Origin: Kayfunavirus PDP351P4 | Strand: one strand, 5' to 3' | Length of the DNA stretch: 39,163 nt | Sequence record: OZ035749.1 | In this document: piece after piece, positions 1-8,672 of the stretch | Layout: the number at the start of each line of letters is the position of its first letter | Numbering within the stretch: position 1 is the stretch's first letter | Translations under genes and position numbers: made by a program | Notes under the pieces: model-generated | Databases searched by the model: none | Seen by the model: the letters and a program-made list of their open reading frames with translations, nothing else | What the model was told of the DNA's origin: nothing

Positions 1-29
1 TACAAAACGATTAAAGGAGGTGGTAAAAC

Positions 30-293
30 ATGACGCAGATGGACTTAGAGAAGTTCCTCTTGATGTTAGATACTGAACGTGCTCGACTCATGCTGCAAGA
101 CCTGCGGGATGACTCTAAGCGTTCTCCTCAGCTTTACAACGCCATTGAGAAGCTGCTGGCTCGTCATAACTTTGTGTTAAGCAAGGTGTCTGTGGACGAG
201 AAGACGCTCGCTGATATGGAGGCCCTGAACGCAGAGTACGATAAGGTGCTCTCCGCTACGGAAGATAATGACACTGGATATGGAGTGCAGTAA
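30..293 (+). CDS. DNA packaging protein A / small terminase subunit (T7 gp18-like)
   Basis: 87-aa ORF with GGAGG Shine-Dalgarno upstream; translation contains the RSPQLYNAI.KLL.RH core remembered from T7 gp18; sits directly upstream of spanin and large terminase genes as in T7. Confidence 0.85.
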   Translation: MTQMDLEKFLLMLDTERARLMLQDLRDDSKRSPQLYNAIEKLLARHNFVLSKVSVDEKTLADMEALNAEYDKVLSATEDNDTGYGVQ

Positions 294-313
294 ATCCCTT
301 AAGTGTTAGACTC

Positions 314-340
314 AAGGTCATTACTATATGTAGTGGCCTT
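314..340 (+). promoter_or_regulatory. RNase III processing-site-like hairpin (R18.5 position)
   Basis: stem AAGGTCA / TGGCCTT (G-U wobble) with 13-nt loop, flanked by GACTC upstream and TATG downstream; same element recurs at 4934, 9167 and 16194, with a variant at 4081. Confidence 0.5.
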
Positions 341-403
341 TATGGCTAACACCAACTAGTGGAGGAGACTCTACGTGAAATCTGATAAACCGGGAGGGCA
401 TCT

Positions 404-853
404 ATGCTCGAATTTTTAAAGAGAGCGGCTCCGTGGTTACTTGCAGCAGTGATGTTTGCTGGGGGCTACCACACCGCTAACAATAAGTGGGAGGCTAAGG
501 TCAATGCAGAATACACCTCGAACCTTAAGGCATCGGAGGATACAAGGCTTGCTGTCCAAGCTGAAGTCAACAAAGTATCCAAACGGTTTCAGGACGAAAT
601 GTCCTCGCTGGAAGGCAGCACTGATAGGATTATTGCTGACCTTCAGTCTGACAATAAGCGGTTGCGCATCCGAGTCAAACCAACGAGTGGAACCACGCAA
701 AGTGACGGTCGATGCGTCATTGATGGTTACGCCGAACTTGACGAACGAGATGCTAAACGTCTTATCTCCATCGGACTGAAAGGAGACGCTTGGATTAAGG
801 CCCTTCAGGACACTGTGCGATCATTGCAGCAAGATAAGGAGGTGACGCATTGA
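404..853 (+). CDS. i-spanin, Rz-like lysis protein (T7 gp18.5 position)
   Basis: 149 aa; N-terminal hydrophobic segment ([12 protein letters not shown]) followed by charged, coiled-coil-like sequence; between gene 18 and gene 19. Confidence 0.75.
   Translation: MLEFLKRAAPWLLAAVMFAGGYHTANNKWEAKVNAEYTSNLKASEDTRLAVQAEVNKVSKRFQDEMSSLEGSTDRIIADLQSDNKRLRIRVKPTSGTTQSDGRCVIDGYAELDERDAKRLISIGLKGDAWIKALQDTVRSLQQDKEVTH
549..779 (+). CDS. candidate o-spanin (Rz1-like lipoprotein, gene 18.7 position) embedded in the +1 frame of the i-spanin gene; start codon uncertain
   Basis: alternate-frame ORF inside 18.5 encodes a hydrophobic stretch ending in lipobox-like LTISGC followed by a short mature domain; no in-frame ATG nearby, so a TTG at 549 is assumed. 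Confidence 0.4.
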   Translation: MLSKLKSTKYPNGFRTKCPRWKAALIGLLLTFSLTISGCASESNQRVEPRKVTVDASLMVTPNLTNEMLNVLSPSD

Positions 854-2613
854 GTAAAGACTTAGTGGCGCGGCAGGCGCTAATGACTACGCGTATGAAG
901 GCAGACTTCGTGTTCTTCCTGTTCGTCCTGTGGAAAGCTCTGTCACTCCCAGTCCCGACTCGCTGTCAGATTGACATGGCGAAGAAACTATCGGCTGGGG
1001 ACAACAGGCGCTTCATCCTACAGGCGTTCCGTGGTATCGGGAAGTCCTTCATTACGTGTGCCTTCGTTGTCTGGAAGCTATGGAACAACCCAGACTTGAA
1101 GTTCATGATTGTGTCGGCCTCAAAGGAACGAGCCGATGCTAACTCCATCTTCATCAAGCGAATCATCGACCTCATGCCTCAGCTTCAGGAACTCAAACCT
1201 AAGCAGGGACAGCGAGATGCGGTTATCAGCTTCGACGTTGGACCAGCCAAGCCAGACCACTCACCTTCGGTTAAGTCCGTTGGTATCACTGGTCAGTTGA
1301 CTGGTAGCCGTGCTGACATCCTGATTGCCGATGACGTGGAGGTTCCGAACAACTCAGCGACTCAGGCTGCACGAGACCGTCTATCAGAGCTTGTGAAAGA
1401 GTTCGACGCTATCCTGAAGCCGGGAGGTACGATCATCTATCTAGGTACTCCTCAGAACGAGATGACCTTGTATCGTGAGCTGGAAGGTCGTGGATATACC
1501 ACTACTATCTGGCCAGCTCGTTATCCACGCGACAGGAAGGACTGGCAGTCTTACGGCGACCGTCTGGCACCGATGCTTCAGGCAGAGCTTGAAGAGGACC
1601 CTGAGGCCTTCTACTGGCGTCCGACCGATGAAGTACGATTCGATGATACGGACCTGAAGGAACGTGAGCTGTCCTATGGTAAAGCTGGCTTCGCTCTACA
1701 GTTCATGCTTAACCCGAACCTGAGTGATGCCGAGAAGTACCCTCTGAAGCTCCGTGACCTTATCGTAGCAGACTTGGACCCAGCATCCAGCCCAATGGTC
1801 TACCAATGGTTGCCAAACCCTCAGAACAAGCGTGAGGACGTTCCTAACGTTGGACTCATGGGTGACTCATACCACACGTATCAGACTGTAGGTTCTGCCT
1901 TCAGTTCGTACACCCAGAAGATTCTGGTCATTGACCCTAGTGGTCGTGGTAAGGATGAAACTGGCTATGCGGTACTATACCAGCTCAACGGCTACATCTT
2001 CGCTATGGAAGTTGGTGGTATGCGCGGTGGTTATGAAGACTCTACTCTGGAAGCTCTAGCTAAGATTGGTCGTAAGTGGAAGGTCAACGAATACGTCATT
2101 GAGGGTAACTTCGGTGATGGTATGTACCTTGAGCTATTCAAGCCTGTAGCGGCCCGTATTCATCCTGCTGCTGTAACTGAAGTGAAGAGTAAGGGTCAGA
2201 AGGAACTCCGCATCTGTGACGTTCTGGAGCCTATCATGGGGTCTCACCGACTTATCGTTAACGCTGCTGCTATCGTCCAAGATTACCAGTCGGCCTCTGA
2301 TAAGGATGGTGTTCGTAACCCTATCTACTCTCTCTTCTACCAGATGACGCGTATCTCTCGTGAACGTGGAGCCTTGGCACACGATGACCGACTTGATGCT
2401 CTGGCTATCGGTGTACAGTTCTTCGTTGAGTCTATGGCTAAGGATGCCAACAAAGGCGAACGTGAAGTCACTGAGGAGTGGCTGGAGGAACAGATGGAGA
2501 ACCCACGGAAAGGCTTCGAGTCCATCCACACTGAGTTCTGGGACAATGGGGTCCGGGTAACCCACGATACGGACGACGAGCCGGGGCTAGGGTCCTACGT
2601 TACGTTCCACTAG
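850..2613 (+). CDS. DNA packaging protein B / large terminase subunit (T7 gp19-like)
   Basis: 587 aa (T7 gp19 about 586); Walker A-like GIGKS near the N-terminus; start overlaps the 18.5 stop. Confidence 0.93.
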   Translation: MSKDLVARQALMTTRMKADFVFFLFVLWKALSLPVPTRCQIDMAKKLSAGDNRRFILQAFRGIGKSFITCAFVVWKLWNNPDLKFMIVSASKERADANSIFIKRIIDLMPQLQELKPKQGQRDAVISFDVGPAKPDHSPSVKSVGITGQLTGSRADILIADDVEVPNNSATQAARDRLSELVKEFDAILKPGGTIIYLGTPQNEMTLYRELEGRGYTTTIWPARYPRDRKDWQSYGDRLAPMLQAELEEDPEAFYWRPTDEVRFDDTDLKERELSYGKAGFALQFMLNPNLSDAEKYPLKLRDLIVADLDPASSPMVYQWLPNPQNKREDVPNVGLMGDSYHTYQTVGSAFSSYTQKILVIDPSGRGKDETGYAVLYQLNGYIFAMEVGGMRGGYEDSTLEALAKIGRKWKVNEYVIEGNFGDGMYLELFKPVAARIHPAAVTEVKSKGQKELRICDVLEPIMGSHRLIVNAAAIVQDYQSASDKDGVRNPIYSLFYQMTRISRERGALAHDDRLDALAIGVQFFVESMAKDANKGEREVTEEWLEEQMENPRKGFESIHTEFWDNGVRVTHDTDDEPGLGSYVTFH

Positions 2614-2707
2614 CTGAATGAATAACTATGGGTGAAAGCTGCATGAATACGCAGTTAGTAACCTATGGTTACTACCAGTCTAACCTACTGTTTTACAAGG
2701 AGTTTGG

Positions 2708-2731
2708 ACTTAACTATCACTATAGGGAAGA
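2708..2731 (+). promoter_or_regulatory. phage RNAP promoter (phiOR-like position, after gene 19)
   Basis: TTAACTATCACTATAGGGAAG matches the 11-copy promoter family in this window. Confidence 0.65.
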
Positions 2732-2909
2732 CCCCCGGTTACTTATAGTATTACTGTAGTGAATATACATATGCAGACTTTATGCAAGACCTTAGGAGGC
2801 AGACTCCGAGTTCTTACCTAAGGCTTGCACCGATGGAAGGAGGTGATATTAATCATAATACCTCCAATACAGATAGTCACCGACCATAGATACAGGAGGT
2901 ATGTAGCAT

Positions 2910-3068
2910 ATGGAAAAGACCAAAGCTGTACTTAAAGCTCTGGCGACCAATCGAGCTACATACAGGTTTCTTGCTGCTGTTCTACTTGCTGCTGGCGTTA
3001 CTGCTGGAAGTCAGTGGGTCAGGTGGGTCGAGACCCTCGTATGTTCTCTGGTGTCTGAGTGTAATTAA
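2910..3068 (+). CDS. gene 19.5-like small membrane protein
   Basis: 52 aa; AGGAGG RBS 8 nt upstream; RATYRFLAAVLLAAG resembles the T7 gp19.5 RVTYRFLVV motif; last gene before the genome end in T7. Confidence 0.6.
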   Translation: MEKTKAVLKALATNRATYRFLAAVLLAAGVTAGSQWVRWVETLVCSLVSECN

Positions 3069-3101
3069 CGCAATCATGGTAACGATTCATGAGCGGAAGA
3101 C

Positions 3102-3145
3102 CTAAGGTCAGTACGTGGATAAAGACTCACTCTACTGACCTTAGC
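3102..3145. other. perfect 12-bp inverted repeat (CTAAGGTCAGTA ... TACTGACCTTAG) forming a hairpin with 20-nt loop in the genome-end region
   Basis: read directly; the two arms are exact reverse complements; function not assigned (terminator, RNA processing or packaging signal). Confidence 0.6.
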
Positions 3146-3497
3146 TACTGTAGTCAAGGACTTTAGGTAACACCTTAATAGAAGCTCACTTAGGGTCATC
3201 CTACTTACTGGTCTATCCTAGTGTCGCCTGACCTACGGTCCTTGACCTACAGTGGCTGTGGCCTACAGCAGTGACGATGAGTTTTGGACCAAAAGTTTGA
3301 GACCACATCTCACAGTTCAAGAACCTCAAGTCTCCCCATAGGCCCTCTTTCAGTCCAGACCAAAGGCCCTACCCCAGTCTATCATAAGGTTGGACCGATG
3401 GTCAATACTTAAGGTCGACGATAGGTCTAGGCTATGGCTGGAGGTCAGGACGATAGGTAGGGACTATTGGTCTTCTTTGAGTCTCTATCTGTATCAG

Positions 3498-3610
3498 ACC
3501 ATAGGTCACAACCATAGGTCACAACCATAAGTCATAACCTACATCTCACAACCATAAGTCATAACCTACAGCCTCAACCATAAGACACCTACAGTCTAAA
3601 CCTACAGTTA
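3498..3610. repeat. tandem array of about 8 degenerate 13-14 bp units (ACCATAGGTCACA / ACCATAAGTCATA / ACCTACAGCCTCA ...) in the genome-end/left-end region
   Basis: read directly; first two units are identical; related ACCTACRG units also at about 3231-3270. Confidence 0.7.
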
Positions 3611-3720
3611 ATAGACACAATGGCTATAGACTTAAGGTCTAAGACGTGTTAGTCAAAGACTATATCCTCTTACACCATGGGGCCGACGATGGCTCAATCA
3701 ATATTATTTCAACTTACCTA

Positions 3721-3750
3721 TTGACTATAGGTCTCGACTATGGCCTAATA
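3721..3750 (+). promoter_or_regulatory. candidate host sigma70 early promoter (weak)
   Basis: TTGACT at 3721 with a poor -10 (CCTAAT/CTAATA) about 17-18 bp downstream. Confidence 0.25.
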
Positions 3751-3860
3751 GCTTCCGTCAACACGACACGGCAACAACCGGATAGTGAAGACGCCGTGTC
3801 ATCCCGGTTAAGTAGACAGCCTGATAAGTCATACGAACAACAGGCAGATGACAGAAGTAG

Positions 3861-3895
3861 TTGACAAGATGTAAGACTTAACGTAGTATGATTCA
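3861..3895 (+). promoter_or_regulatory. candidate host sigma70 early promoter (A-type)
   Basis: TTGACA (3861-3866), 17-bp spacer, TAGTAT (3884-3889); upstream of gene 0.3 where T7 carries A1-A3. Confidence 0.5.
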
Positions 3896-3928
3896 CCAAG
3901 TAGTACAGCAAGCGAGTTAAGAAAGTGA

Positions 3929-3963
3929 TTGACAAGCTGGTTTGACTGTAGTAACTTATACGA
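3929..3963 (+). promoter_or_regulatory. candidate host sigma70 early promoter (A-type, weaker -10)
   Basis: TTGACA (3929-3934), 17-bp spacer, TAACTT (3952-3957). Confidence 0.35.
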
Positions 3964-4080
3964 CAAGCAAGATTAGTGAGTCCCAACACTGAAACGGGAT
4001 AGCACGGCGACGACAGCCAATGCGAATGCTCTTTAACAATTTGGATAAACTCTTAATGTGCGCCGATAGCGACTAACTAC

Positions 4081-4110
4081 AGGGTCTTTGAGTCTACATC
4101 TGAAGGCCCT
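4081..4110 (+). promoter_or_regulatory. RNase III-site-like hairpin variant upstream of gene 0.3 (R0.3 position)
   Basis: AGGGTC ... GGCCCT stem with wobble pairing, same architecture as the AAGGTCA/TGGCCTT elements. Confidence 0.35.
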
Positions 4111-4155
4111 GACTGATAGTCACTAACACATACTTAACTTTGAGAGGATATAACT

Positions 4156-4488
4156 ATGGAACGTAACGCTAACGCATACTATGACCTGCTGGCTGCAACC
4201 GTTGAAGCATTTAACGAGCGTATTCAGTGCGACGAAATAGCTGAAGGCGATGACTACTGCGATGCGCTGCATGAAGTCGTAGACGGTCAGGTTCCGCACT
4301 ATTACCACGAGATTTTCACGGTGATGGCTGCGGATGGTATCGACCACGAGTTCGAAGACTCTGGGCTGATGCCTGAGACCACGGACGTAACGCGTATACT
4401 ACAAGCTCGCATCTATGAGGCACTGTATAACGATGTGTCTAATAGCTCGGATGTAGTTTGGTTTGAGGCTGAAGAGGACTGCGAGTGA
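4156..4488 (+). CDS. ocr: Ocr, anti-restriction DNA-mimic protein (T7 gp0.3-like)
   Basis: 110 aa, acidic; [43 protein letters not shown] aligns closely with remembered T7 Ocr ([43 protein letters not shown]); first early gene. Confidence 0.9.
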   Translation: [110 protein letters not shown]

Positions 4489-4649
4489 TGGTAACTTATG
4501 GTCTCTACCAGCACCACGTAACCAACGCCCGGATTATGGTCAAGACCGGGCAGTTTAAGCATGACACGATGTTAGAGTTCCTGAAAGCGGTCTACGAGGG
4601 CCGCAAACGTATTCACGATAGTCTACACGCTGAGGATAAAACACAATGA
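4488..4649 (+). CDS. small early protein, unknown function (gene 0.4-0.6 region)
   Basis: 53-aa ORF whose ATG overlaps the ocr stop (TGATG); translationally coupled chain of small ORFs typical of T7 class I genes. Confidence 0.4.
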   Translation: MVTYGLYQHHVTNARIMVKTGQFKHDTMLEFLKAVYEGRKRIHDSLHAEDKTQ

Positions 4650-4795
4650 AACGATACGCTATACACATTCCGGGATGGTGTTACACAATGACTTGCTACG
4701 GATACAATGAGAGAGATGCGCGGTCTCGCTTCCGCGATCAGCAAGGATTCGGTAAACGTCTGCCTAATGGTACAGCTATCTGGGAGATTGACTAA
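4646..4795 (+). CDS. small early protein, unknown function
   Basis: 49-aa ORF with ATGA overlap to the previous ORF. Confidence 0.4.
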   Translation: MKRYAIHIPGWCYTMTCYGYNERDARSRFRDQQGFGKRLPNGTAIWEID

Positions 4796-4796
4796 C

Positions 4797-4922
4797 ATGT
4801 ACCAGATAACTTATAGCAGTGAACAGGAGTTCTACGATGGGTGCTACGAGATGATGAAGCGCGGGGCTTGCTACGTGGCTAATCACCATAGCCTGACCAT
4901 AACGCTGACAGGCGGGTACTGA
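4797..4922 (+). CDS. small early protein, unknown function
   Basis: 41-aa ORF (MYQITYSSEQEFYDGCYEMMKRGACY...) starting 1 nt after the previous stop; C-terminal part of track ORF 4707..4922. Confidence 0.35.
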   Translation: MYQITYSSEQEFYDGCYEMMKRGACYVANHHSLTITLTGGY

Positions 4923-4933
4923 GTGATAGACGA

Positions 4934-4959
4934 GAGGTCATCGACTGATAGGTGGCCTC
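4934..4959 (+). promoter_or_regulatory. RNase III processing-site-like hairpin (R0.5 position)
   Basis: GAGGTCA ... TGGCCTC stem, same architecture as the sites at 314, 9167 and 16194. Confidence 0.45.
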
Positions 4960-5078
4960 AAAGATTACCACTTGCATTAATAGGGGTTAACTATGAGTGT
5001 GGGATATTGGGTATGCCTAGCGCCAGTTATCTTGCTGATAGGGTATGGGCTATACGATTGTATTAAACGGAAATCACT

Positions 5079-5276
5079 ATGAGTCTTGCACTATTGATAG
5101 CAATAGGCTATGGACTTATCGCCTACATGCTGGTGAGAGACATCAACAAGGCACGTAAAGTCTACAAATTCAACTATGTACGTCTGGGCCGCTGGACTGT
5201 ACGTCAACCTAACGGACGATTCATGCGCAACTTAGCGAACGTCTGGGATATAGCAACACTTGGGAGCAAACTGTAA
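5079..5276 (+). CDS. small early membrane-like protein, unknown function
   Basis: 65 aa with hydrophobic N-terminus (LALLIAIGYGLIAYMLV) and basic C-terminal part. Confidence 0.45.
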   Translation: MSLALLIAIGYGLIAYMLVRDINKARKVYKFNYVRLGRWTVRQPNGRFMRNLANVWDIATLGSKL

Positions 5277-5602
5277 TGAGCAAGTCTTACGGGATTAATC
5301 TGGTACACTCTATGGACGCAGAAATGAACATGTTAAGCCTACTGGCTACCGGGTATCGTCACGGAACGTCAAGTCACTCCGCACGTCAACAGCAGGAGAG
5401 GGACCGGGTACTGCAAGCAAGACTCCGGGCTGAGGGCCATAAGTCCGAACTGATGTGTCTGGCGTATGGTGGACAACCAATCACCGAAGATGGTAAACTT
5501 CTGGTCTCAGGCTGGAAGGCGATAGACCAACGGTCAACCATCAAGCACACGACTCACGGTGACTTCAGTCATCTTCATGCTAACCCGCTGATATGCAAGT
5601 AA
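5276..5602 (+). CDS. early protein, unknown function (occupies the gene 0.7 position but much shorter than the T7 0.7 kinase)
   Basis: 108-aa ORF, start overlaps the previous stop; no kinase motifs recognised. Confidence 0.45.
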   Translation: MSKSYGINLVHSMDAEMNMLSLLATGYRHGTSSHSARQQQERDRVLQARLRAEGHKSELMCLAYGGQPITEDGKLLVSGWKAIDQRSTIKHTTHGDFSHLHANPLICK

Positions 5603-5617
5603 CTCTGACTTAACTAT

Positions 5618-5641
5618 CACTATAGGACTCAAGGTCTAAGA
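5618..5641 (+). promoter_or_regulatory. phage RNAP promoter immediately upstream of the RNAP gene
   Basis: TTAACTATCACTATAGGACTC, about 65 bp upstream of the gene 1 ATG; followed by a GACTCAAGGTC RNase III-like motif. Confidence 0.65.
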
Positions 5642-5699
5642 CTCCAAGTGAAAGACCAAAGAGACTTTAAGTGAAAGACTAATAACAAGGACTTTAAGT

Positions 5700-8381
5700 A
5701 TGAGCGTCATCTCTATTGATAAGCACGACTTCTCTGATGTGTCAAGCGCCATTGAGCCGTTTAACCTGCTGGCTGACCACTACGGGCAAGACCTTGCAGT
5801 CAAACAGCTTCAGCTTGAGCATGAGGCATACACTGAAGGCGAGCGACGTTTCATCAAGAACCTTGAGCGACAGACTGAGCGCGGGGAACTGGCAGACAAT
5901 CAGGTCGCCAAGCCTTTGATGCAGACTCTTGTACCTAAGATTGCGCAAGCCGTCAGGGAGTGGCATGAAGGTCCAGACGGGAAGCTGTCAACCTCTCGTC
6001 CTAGCGTAGCGTTCACCATGTTGAGCACTGAAGAGAAGGCCGTTAAAGATCGCTCTCTACGCATCTCCTGTGAGTCTGCTGCGGTTATCATACTGAAGGT
6101 CATCCTCTCCAAGCTGGTCAAGCCTGAAGGGATACCGATTACACCGATGGCCTCCGCGATAGGTCGCACACTTGAGGACGAAATCCGCTTCGGTCGCATC
6201 CGTGATAAGGAGAAGGAGCACTTCAAGAAGGCGATAGCTGAGAACCTGAACAAGCGTGCCGGGGCATCCTACAAGAAAGCCTACATGCAAGCGGTTGAGA
6301 CATCCATGCTGGAGCAGGGTCAACTGGAAGATGCGTGGGGGACTTGGAGTCCTACCGAGGCGGTACACGTTGGCATCAAGATGCTTGAGATTGTCATCCA
6401 GTCTACACAACTGGTCGAGCTTAAGCGGTACGGTGCTGGCAATGCAGCGGCTGACGTAGAGATGGTCCACCTGTCAGACTTCTGGGTAAAGAAGATGGCA
6501 CAACGAGGATTCAGCCTTGCGGGTATCGCTCCAGTATACCAACCTTGCGTCGTTCCACCTAAGCCGTGGACTGGTGTCGTAGGCGGGGGGTACTGGGCTA
6601 AAGGTCGCAGACCGCTACCACTGATTCGCTTAGGGTCTAAGTCTGCGGTGGCACGTTACGAAGACGTGTACATGCCTGAAGTCTATGACGCTGTGAATAT
6701 CATCCAGAATACACCTTGGAAAGTGAACAAGAAGGTTCTGGACGTGGTGAACATGGTCGAGAAGTTGAACAACACGCCTATTGATGACATCCCTCAGATG
6801 GAGCCACTGAAGCCTGAAGACTATGCGGGCGAGACTGAAGAGGAACTCAAGGCATGGAAGAAGGCTGCTGCTGGTATCTACCGCCGAGAGAAGGCCCGGC
6901 AGTCACGCAGATTGTCACTGAGCTTTATAGTTAACCAAGCGAACAAGTTCTCTCAGTTCAAAGCCATCTGGTTCCCGTATAACATGGACTGGCGCGGTCG
7001 CGTCTACGCTGTGCCGATGTTCAACCCTCAGGGTAACGACATGCAAAAGGGTCTCCTGACTCTGGCAGTCGGTAAGCCTATTGGTGCTGATGGTTTCAAA
7101 TGGCTGAAGGTCCACGGTGCAAACTGCGCGGGTATTGATAAAGTAACCTTCGAGGAGCGCATCAAGTGGGTGGAAGACAACCACGATAACATCATGGCTA
7201 CCGCTAAGGCACCGATGGATAGCATTGAGTGGTGGGGCAAGTTAGACTCTCCGTTCTGCTTCCTTGCGTTCTGCTTCGAGTATGCTGGCGTAATGCACCA
7301 CGGTTTGTCTTACTCCTGCTCGCTGCCGATAGCTTTCGATGGGTCCTGCTCTGGGATTCAGCACTTCAGCGCGATGCTTCGTGATCACATCGGTGGACAT
7401 GCAGTAAACCTGACGCCATCCGGTAAGGTCCAAGATATCTACCGCATCGTGTCTGACCGAATTGAGGAGGAGCTTAAAGTCCTTCTGGTTAACGGTACGG
7501 ATAACGAGATGGTGACTCACGAGGACAAGAAAACGGGTGAGATTACCGAGCGTCTCAAGCTGGGGACACGAGAGCTGGCCCGTCAGTGGCTGACCTACGG
7601 TATGTCTCGCAAGGTCACTAAGCGTTCAGTCATGACTCTGGCCTACGGGTCAAAAGAGTATGGCTTCGCAGACCAAGTGTACGAGGACATCGTGATGCCA
7701 GCGATTGACTCAGGGTCTGGCGCTATGTTCACTGAACCAAGCCAAGCGTCTCGCTTCATGGCTAAGATGATTTGGGAAGCTGTGAGCGTGACCGTAGTTG
7801 CTGCGGTTGACGCGATGAAGTGGCTTCAAGGTGCCGCCAAGCTGCTGGCTGCTGAAGTGAAGGACAAGAAGACTGGAGAAATCCTGAAGCCTTGCCTTCC
7901 GGTACACTGGGTAACACCTGATGGTTTCCCGGTCTGGCAGGAATACCGCAAGAAGGATACCACTCGTCTGAACCTGATGTTCTTAGGGTCATTCAACCTT
8001 CAGCCTACAGTCAACAAAGGCACGAAGAAAGAGCTGGACAAGCACAAGCAGGAGTCAGGCATTAGCCCGAACTTCGTCCACTCACAAGATGGAAGCCACC
8101 TACGCAAGACTGTAGTCCACACTCACCGCAAGTATGGCGTGATGTCATTCGCAGTGATTCACGATAGCTTCGGGACCATCCCGGCTGACGCTGAGTTCCT
8201 GTTCAAGGGAGTCCGTGAGACGATGGTCGAGACATACCGCGACAACGATGTGCTGCTGGACTTCTACGAGCAGTTTGAATACCAGCTTCATGAGAGCCAG
8301 CGCGACAAGTTGCCTGAGCTTCCGAAGAAAGGTAAACTGAATATAGAAGACATCTTGTCTTCAGACTTTGCATTCGCTTAA
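5700..8381 (+). CDS. single-subunit DNA-directed RNA polymerase (T7 gp1-like)
   Basis: 893 aa (T7 RNAP 883 aa); gene 1 position; C-terminus ends FAFA as in T7 RNAP; read as T7 RNAP-like along its length. Confidence 0.96.
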   Translation: MSVISIDKHDFSDVSSAIEPFNLLADHYGQDLAVKQLQLEHEAYTEGERRFIKNLERQTERGELADNQVAKPLMQTLVPKIAQAVREWHEGPDGKLSTSRPSVAFTMLSTEEKAVKDRSLRISCESAAVIILKVILSKLVKPEGIPITPMASAIGRTLEDEIRFGRIRDKEKEHFKKAIAENLNKRAGASYKKAYMQAVETSMLEQGQLEDAWGTWSPTEAVHVGIKMLEIVIQSTQLVELKRYGAGNAAADVEMVHLSDFWVKKMAQRGFSLAGIAPVYQPCVVPPKPWTGVVGGGYWAKGRRPLPLIRLGSKSAVARYEDVYMPEVYDAVNIIQNTPWKVNKKVLDVVNMVEKLNNTPIDDIPQMEPLKPEDYAGETEEELKAWKKAAAGIYRREKARQSRRLSLSFIVNQANKFSQFKAIWFPYNMDWRGRVYAVPMFNPQGNDMQKGLLTLAVGKPIGADGFKWLKVHGANCAGIDKVTFEERIKWVEDNHDNIMATAKAPMDSIEWWGKLDSPFCFLAFCFEYAGVMHHGLSYSCSLPIAFDGSCSGIQHFSAMLRDHIGGHAVNLTPSGKVQDIYRIVSDRIEEELKVLLVNGTDNEMVTHEDKKTGEITERLKLGTRELARQWLTYGMSRKVTKRSVMTLAYGSKEYGFADQVYEDIVMPAIDSGSGAMFTEPSQASRFMAKMIWEAVSVTVVAAVDAMKWLQGAAKLLAAEVKDKKTGEILKPCLPVHWVTPDGFPVWQEYRKKDTTRLNLMFLGSFNLQPTVNKGTKKELDKHKQESGISPNFVHSQDGSHLRKTVVHTHRKYGVMSFAVIHDSFGTIPADAEFLFKGVRETMVETYRDNDVLLDFYEQFEYQLHESQRDKLPELPKKGKLNIEDILSSDFAFA

Positions 8382-8393
8382 TAGGAGAGAGTT

Positions 8394-8594
8394 ATGAAAT
8401 TTGCACACAAGCAGACTGGCATTAAGGGTGGGACTCAAATCGTGACCGTAACAGAACACAACGGAAAGGGTCTGGTGAAGACCACAGTCATCCCTACCGA
8501 GATGTCAAAACAGCTTAAAGTCCCATTCAAGTGGCTGGTGCAGCAGGTTGAGCAGGCACACAAGCAAGCTCTTAAAGAGGCGGCAACCAAATGA
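8394..8594 (+). CDS. hypothetical protein (insertion between gene 1 and gene 1.1)
   Basis: 66-aa ORF with AGGAGAG RBS; no T7 counterpart at this position. Confidence 0.5.
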   Translation: MKFAHKQTGIKGGTQIVTVTEHNGKGLVKTTVIPTEMSKQLKVPFKWLVQQVEQAHKQALKEAATK

Positions 8595-8672
8595 CAGACC
8601 TACAGTTACTGGCCTTGTGGCTAGGAGCACTCGCAGTATTCACTTTAATCCAACGCAGAAGAGGTTAACCCT

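Noticed and set aside
3646-3864. 72-aa + strand ORF in the left-end region
   Set aside because: Lies in the repeat-rich non-coding region upstream of the early promoters, has no Shine-Dalgarno sequence, and overlaps the first candidate sigma70 promoter; most likely a chance ORF.
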